Of a DNA stretch of 30,788 bases, positions 27,001 to 30,788 are shown piece by piece. Both the position numbers and the translations under genes were made by a program. Below the pieces are notes generated by a model. It saw nothing but the letters and a program-made list of their open reading frames with translations. It ran no database searches and was not told the origin of the DNA. The DNA lies in NCBI GenBank assembly GCA_903847545.1, contig CAINDZ010000414.1, positions 1 through 30,788 of the forward strand, read 5' to 3'. How positions within the stretch are numbered: the stretch's first letter is position 1; each line of letters starts with the position of its first letter. The DNA is from an uncultured bacterium (lineage in GTDB: Bacteria > Krumholzibacteriota > Krumholzibacteriia > LZORAL124-64-63).

Positions 27001-27613
27001 CGGCGGCGGGGGTGGCCAGCAGTCGGCGAGCGAGCAACTGCAGGAACTGGCCCGGCAACAGGCGGCCCTCAATGGCGCCACCGACGAACTGCGCCAGATG
27101 CTGGCCGATCGCGGCATCAGCCAGGCTGCGCGGGCGCAGATGGAGCGACTCGGCCAGGAGCAGGCGAGGCTCGGCCAGGAGCTCGGGCGCATCGCGGAAC
27201 AGGAACGGCAGCGACCGAAGGGCGACGGCGATCGGTTGCTGGGCGACCTGGGCGAGCTGGGGCGGCAGATGGAGCGCGTCGGCGGCGACCTCGGCGACGG
27301 CCAGGTCGACCGGGAGACCCTGCAGCGGCAGGATCGGATCCTCGGCCGGCTGCTGGACGCCCGCAATTCGGTGCGCGAGCGCGACTACAGCCCGCGACGG
27401 GAAAGCCGTACCGCCGCGCGCACCTTCACGCCGCAGGCCGGAAGCACGGGGCGTGGCGCCGACGGCGCGGGAGCCGGGACGCGCGAGCGCTTCCGGCGTC
27501 TCGAGGACGCGCCCCTGGAATATCGCGACCTCGTGCGCCGCTACTTCGCCGCGATCGACTCGCTGCGCCGCGGCGAGGGCTCCCGCTTCGCGCCGGCGCC
27601 GGAGCTGCCATGA
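24023..27613 (+). CDS. DUF4175-like membrane-anchored coiled-coil protein (1196 aa)
   Basis: N-terminal TM helices, beta-rich middle (PPAYTGLP, EASDDFGL, EATDN), Q/E-rich coiled-coil tail ending EYRDLVRRYF. Confidence 0.7.
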   Translation: MGAPADIAVRELGRLQRRVRRRALAYGLFGWLATAVPLAAFTVWLAGAWGARAGGLAAGLGVSLATALLLAAFMHIWRPWRRYAGLARFARCVEARGGFDNLVVAAEEAARAPARWPADDVVARELARRLDARAAQLIGSVSPATVHPLVGLRLRAGALAAGVAACIVLAAGWPALTVRGLTALADPLGAGRARAAAGLLAEPGPDWVLFGGTVALSARDFAMEPQGVRCELRFGEAAWTSVDARPEARTSGLEAGQGPGAGRRWTAQVGDIREDFAWRFRRGGVVTAVGKVAVRRPPILAQVSARIEPPAYTGLPASDVERLPALSEVPTGSRVTIKARAGHDLAAGWLRLAGGDSLPMTIDGSRATTSLVVDHDIVFTFGLKDGYGLSARDPLEYRLGALADQPPGVLLARPGDDGRLPLDGRLDLVVEASDDFGLAKLEFLAGGADAAGAGRGAFGPRLPANWLEVRTATGTLRLRARALDGPPSPLRAAIALEVDAAALDLAPGDVLDLSVEATDNRAPGKGQVARSATLRLVLPSAGSVLAAQADSARASREQLEDARGRSCDLDADLARLSRELLKNPVTDWARQQEIEAALARQQAMQKELAAVADELRRQMDELARGGLTSEEQVRKAAELADLLSPQSPTALEDLLRRLDAADGKPAAEDLARAMEEVTRAQKDLARRLDAALEVMKRMAEEQQLEGLTALLEDLMRRQQELADLSRKAGEADPAGRQAASEEIARRQEALARELDALRDKLEQALAARGDQEGGQQQSSPQDDGNKGESGQQGESSSSSSQKQALREALEKLRKQQAEGGMDKASRALQQLDPDEAARMQQQALRDLGSLYSVLVASQKAMQSALKMEQVASLRGLAADLLALSERQESLGGRIPPQLQDVRNVELTRQQHRLQKAAVGTRERLAVLAKEAPNRVLKLLEKLDGLIEEMGSGVRALDEGRAAEAREASSRSLAECNRIVIGLLTEAQMSGSASGGGGGQQSASEQLQELARQQAALNGATDELRQMLADRGISQAARAQMERLGQEQARLGQELGRIAEQERQRPKGDGDRLLGDLGELGRQMERVGGDLGDGQVDRETLQRQDRILGRLLDARNSVRERDYSPRRESRTAARTFTPQAGSTGRGADGAGAGTRERFRRLEDAPLEYRDLVRRYFAAIDSLRRGEGSRFAPAPELP

Positions 27614-29625
27614 GCCAGCGCCCGGTTACTCTCTCGCGCCTTTCGGGGCTGCTGCTTGTCCTGGCGGCGCTGGCGGCATCGTCACCGCCGGCAGCGGCGC
27701 AGCAGGATGGGAACCCGCCGGCGGCGCCCGGATTGCCGCCGTTGCCCGCGCGGCCGCCGTTGTCGGAACGGCTTCCGCACGGCGCCCGCCCGGGCGCGGT
27801 CGACATCATGGAGCTGCGGCGCAGGCTGGGCGAGCTGGACCGGCTGCTGCTCCTGGGCAGCGCCGCGCGGGCCGAGGCGCTGCTCGCCGACCTGGCGCAG
27901 CACTCGGCGCTCGAGCGCGAGCTCGTGCCGCGGCGGATCAAGCTCGCGCAGCTGAAGGGGGACCACGCGGAGGCGGTGCTGCTGTGCCGACGGGCGGTGG
28001 CGGACGAGCCGCGCAACGGGGGCCTCTGGCGTGAGCTGGCGAAGTCGCTCCTGGCCGTCGACCAGCCCGACTCGGCGCGCCTGGCGCTCGACAGGTTCCT
28101 CGTCTTCAGCCCGAACGCGCGCAGCGCGGGCATCGTCGCCGTCGACATGCTGCGGACCGCCACGCGACCGCGCGCGGCCCTGGCCGTGATCGACTCCTTG
28201 CGGGGCGTGCTGCGCGAGCCCCATTTCCTGGGCATCGAGAGGGCCGCCGTGCTGCTTGCCGTCGATCGGCAGGAAGACGCTGCCGACGAGGCGATGTTCG
28301 AGCTCGCGGCGGGGCCGTTCAACCTGGCGCTGCTGCGGACAAGCCTCCTGGACGGGCCGTACCAGCCCGGCAGGTCGGGGCGCTTCGTGTCACGTCTGGC
28401 GGCCAACGCCGCCCGCCCCGACGCGCCGCCGGCCGCGCTGCTCCTGGCCGCGGACCTCGAGCTGGTCGAGGGCCGTCCGGAGGCCGCGCTGGCGTTGTCG
28501 CTTCCGCTCGTGCCGCGGCCGGATGGCGCGCTGCAGTTGATGCAGAACGCCATGGTCCTGCTCAGGGAACGCAGCCAGGACGCGCCCGAGGCCCAGCAGT
28601 CGCCGCAGGCCCAGGCCACGATCGACTACCTGCTTCCGCTGCTGGACCGGCTGGTCGAGCAGGCCGCCGCGCCGAGCCTGCGCGTGCGCGCGGCCGATGC
28701 GCTGGCCGAGGCCTGTGAGCTGGCGCTCGGGCGCGGCCTGCTCGGCGCCGACCCGCGTGGCGCCGTCGCCCGGTTCGACGGCCTGCTGGCCCGCGTGCGG
28801 GCGGCGAACCCGGCCAGCGAGTTTCTCTATTCGTCGCGCATCCGGCTCGCGACCTACCGGCGCGACGTGCTGCACGAGCCCGCCGAGGCGGCGCGCGGCC
28901 TCGAGCGACTGGCGACCGACACGAACCTGCCGACCGAGGGCCTGGCGCTGGTCCGGCTGACGCTGGGCGAGTGCTACCTGGCCGCCGGCGACACGGCGCG
29001 AGGGCGGCAGGTGCTGACGGCCCTGGGTCGCGACCCGGAATTCCGCGAGGTGGGCGGCAACGCGCACTACCACCTGGCGCGCCTCGACCTGGCCGAAGGG
29101 CACTACGCGACGGCGCGCGACCGCTTCGCCGTCATCGCCATGGACAACCCGGCTGCCCCGTACGCGAATGACGCGCTCGACCTGGGCCTGGCCCTGGCCG
29201 AGGAACTGGAGAACCCGGGCGGCGGCCCCACCATCATGGGCGCGTACGCCGCCTCGGTGTACGCGGACCTGACCGCGCGGCCGGCCGAGCGCCTGGCGGC
29301 GCTCGAACGCTTCGTGCAGGAAGCCTCGATGCGCCTGGACCCCGCCGAGCCCCAGCACCTGCTGGAGCGCGGGCGCTGGGAACTGGCGCAGGCGCTGGTC
29401 GCGGCGGGCCGCAGGGCCGACGGCCTGGCCCAGCTGGATGCGATCGTGGCGGGCCACCCGGACGGTCGTTACCCGGCGGCGGCCCTGCAGTTGAAGGGGC
29501 GGCTACTGGCGGAGGACGGCCGTCCGGAGGCGGCGCGCGAGGCCTGGCAGCGGCTGTTGTCCCAGTATCCCGGCTTCCTGTTCAGTGACGACGTGCGCGA
29601 TGACCTGCGGAGGCTGCCCCATTGA
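27610..29625 (+). CDS. Exported tetratricopeptide-repeat protein (671 aa)
   Basis: ATGA overlap at 27610. Signal peptide. TPR-like helices (LTLGECYLAAGD, HYHLARLDLAEG, WQRLLSQYP). Confidence 0.75.
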   Translation: MSQRPVTLSRLSGLLLVLAALAASSPPAAAQQDGNPPAAPGLPPLPARPPLSERLPHGARPGAVDIMELRRRLGELDRLLLLGSAARAEALLADLAQHSALERELVPRRIKLAQLKGDHAEAVLLCRRAVADEPRNGGLWRELAKSLLAVDQPDSARLALDRFLVFSPNARSAGIVAVDMLRTATRPRAALAVIDSLRGVLREPHFLGIERAAVLLAVDRQEDAADEAMFELAAGPFNLALLRTSLLDGPYQPGRSGRFVSRLAANAARPDAPPAALLLAADLELVEGRPEAALALSLPLVPRPDGALQLMQNAMVLLRERSQDAPEAQQSPQAQATIDYLLPLLDRLVEQAAAPSLRVRAADALAEACELALGRGLLGADPRGAVARFDGLLARVRAANPASEFLYSSRIRLATYRRDVLHEPAEAARGLERLATDTNLPTEGLALVRLTLGECYLAAGDTARGRQVLTALGRDPEFREVGGNAHYHLARLDLAEGHYATARDRFAVIAMDNPAAPYANDALDLGLALAEELENPGGGPTIMGAYAASVYADLTARPAERLAALERFVQEASMRLDPAEPQHLLERGRWELAQALVAAGRRADGLAQLDAIVAGHPDGRYPAAALQLKGRLLAEDGRPEAAREAWQRLLSQYPGFLFSDDVRDDLRRLPH

Positions 29626-30788
29626 TCCGCCTGACTGCCCGCGTTCTGCGCCGCCGTGGCGGCGTGACTGGTTCCTGTCGCGCCGCGTTCCTGGCGTTGG
29701 CGCTGCTGTGCGGGGCGGCCGCCACGCCCGCCCGTGCCGAGCGCTGGCTGCTGCTGCCGATGGACCTGGCCCAGCACGATCACCTGCGCGCCTACGGCGT
29801 CGCCTTCCACACGCTGCAGGCGGGCGACAAGGTGAACTGGCTGCTGAACTACCGGGGAGGCAGCTTCCTTCTCAAGGACACCGAGAGGGCGCGCCTCGAC
29901 GCGCGGGTGCTCGGCGTCGACTTCGAGCAACTGGGCGACGCGGAGGTGGCGGCGATCCGCGCGGTGGTCGCGCAGGAGAACATGGACGACGTGCTCCTGG
30001 AGACCCCGCCGCGCATCGCCGTCTACAGCCCTCCCTACATGCAGCCGTGGGACGATGCCGTCACGATGGCGCTGACCTACGCCGACGTGCCGTTCGACGT
30101 CGTGTACGACCAGGATGTGCTCGGCGGCCGCCTGGCCGACTACGACTGGCTGCACCTGCACCATGAGGACTTCACCGGGCAGTACGGCAAGTTCTACGCG
30201 AGCTTCGGGCTCGAACCGTGGTACCTGGAGCAGCAGCACTTCCAGGAGGACCTGGCCGCGAAGCTCGGCTACGGCACGGTGTGGCAGGAGAAGCATGCCG
30301 TCGCCCTGGCCATCCACCAGTACGTCGAGGGAGGCGGCTTCCTGTTCGCCATGTGCTCGGCCACCGACTCGATCGACATCGCGCTGGCGTGGCTGGGCAC
30401 CGACATCGTCGGCGAGCCCTACGACGGCACCCCCGTCGACCCGGCATACAGGCAGAAGGCGGATTTTTCGCGCACCTTCGCCTTCGAGAACCTCAAGCTC
30501 ACGACCAACCCGATGGTCTACGAGTACTCGGACCTCGACACGAGCAACTACTCGCAGATGCGCGGTGCCGAGGCCGACTACTTCACGCTCTTCGCGTTCG
30601 CCGCCAAGTACGACCCGGTGCCGGCGATGCTGACGCAGGACCATGTGAGCGTCATCAACGGCTTCCTGGGCCAGACCACGGGCTACCACGCGGGGCTCAT
30701 CAAGCGCTCGGTGATCCCGCTGGCGCAGGTCGAGGGGACGGACGAGGTGAAGTACCTGCACGGCAAGTGCGGGCAGGGGACGTTCACC
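29622..30788 (+). CDS. Conserved exported protein of the family often auto-labelled 'asparagine synthetase B' (not true AsnB), 3' truncated
   Basis: Absent from the ORF track because it has no stop. Read by hand from TTG 29622 (GGAGG upstream): LLPMDLAQHDHLRAYG, WLLNYRGGSF, PWDDAVTMALTYA and DWLHLHHEDFTGQYGKFY. Confidence 0.75.
   Translation, partial: MIRLTARVLRRRGGVTGSCRAAFLALALLCGAAATPARAERWLLLPMDLAQHDHLRAYGVAFHTLQAGDKVNWLLNYRGGSFLLKDTERARLDARVLGVDFEQLGDAEVAAIRAVVAQENMDDVLLETPPRIAVYSPPYMQPWDDAVTMALTYADVPFDVVYDQDVLGGRLADYDWLHLHHEDFTGQYGKFYASFGLEPWYLEQQHFQEDLAAKLGYGTVWQEKHAVALAIHQYVEGGGFLFAMCSATDSIDIALAWLGTDIVGEPYDGTPVDPAYRQKADFSRTFAFENLKLTTNPMVYEYSDLDTSNYSQMRGAEADYFTLFAFAAKYDPVPAMLTQDHVSVINGFLGQTTGYHAGLIKRSVIPLAQVEGTDEVKYLHGKCGQGTFT

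Noticed and set aside
1-30788. rRNA, tRNA and CRISPR arrays
   Set aside because: None seen. Almost all sequence is explained by CDSs, and the intergenic gaps are short without regular repeats.

Overview
High-GC bacterial chromosomal window. The left end is housekeeping: a truncated YibQ-like deacetylase, a DUF362 Fe-S protein, secD and secF. The right end is a tightly coupled operon preceded by a sigma54 promoter: DUF4783-like, giant NtrY-like kinase, DUF4159, DUF4175-like, TPR protein and a truncated conserved protein. That gene set looks FCB-type, so the host is probably not Geobacter (inference). Between them, 4523-17832 is a 13.3 kb minus-strand block of nine genes that looks like a cytochrome-nanowire system. 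In transcription order it encodes a 7-heme cytochrome, an outer-membrane beta-barrel, a CsgG-like lipoprotein, a tandem CsgG-like protein, a SurA/PrsA-like chaperone, a 42-heme cytochrome, an NHL beta-propeller, a hexaheme OmcS homologue and a second OmcS paralogue with a seventh heme motif. I counted 62 CxxCH motifs in total. Both OmcS-like proteins keep the His16-equivalent that links subunits in the Geobacter OmcS filament. Family calls come from motif recognition by eye and recalled reference sequences, not database searches. Many long ORFs in the supplied track are antisense shadows, and several starts were reassigned using RBS and signal-peptide evidence.
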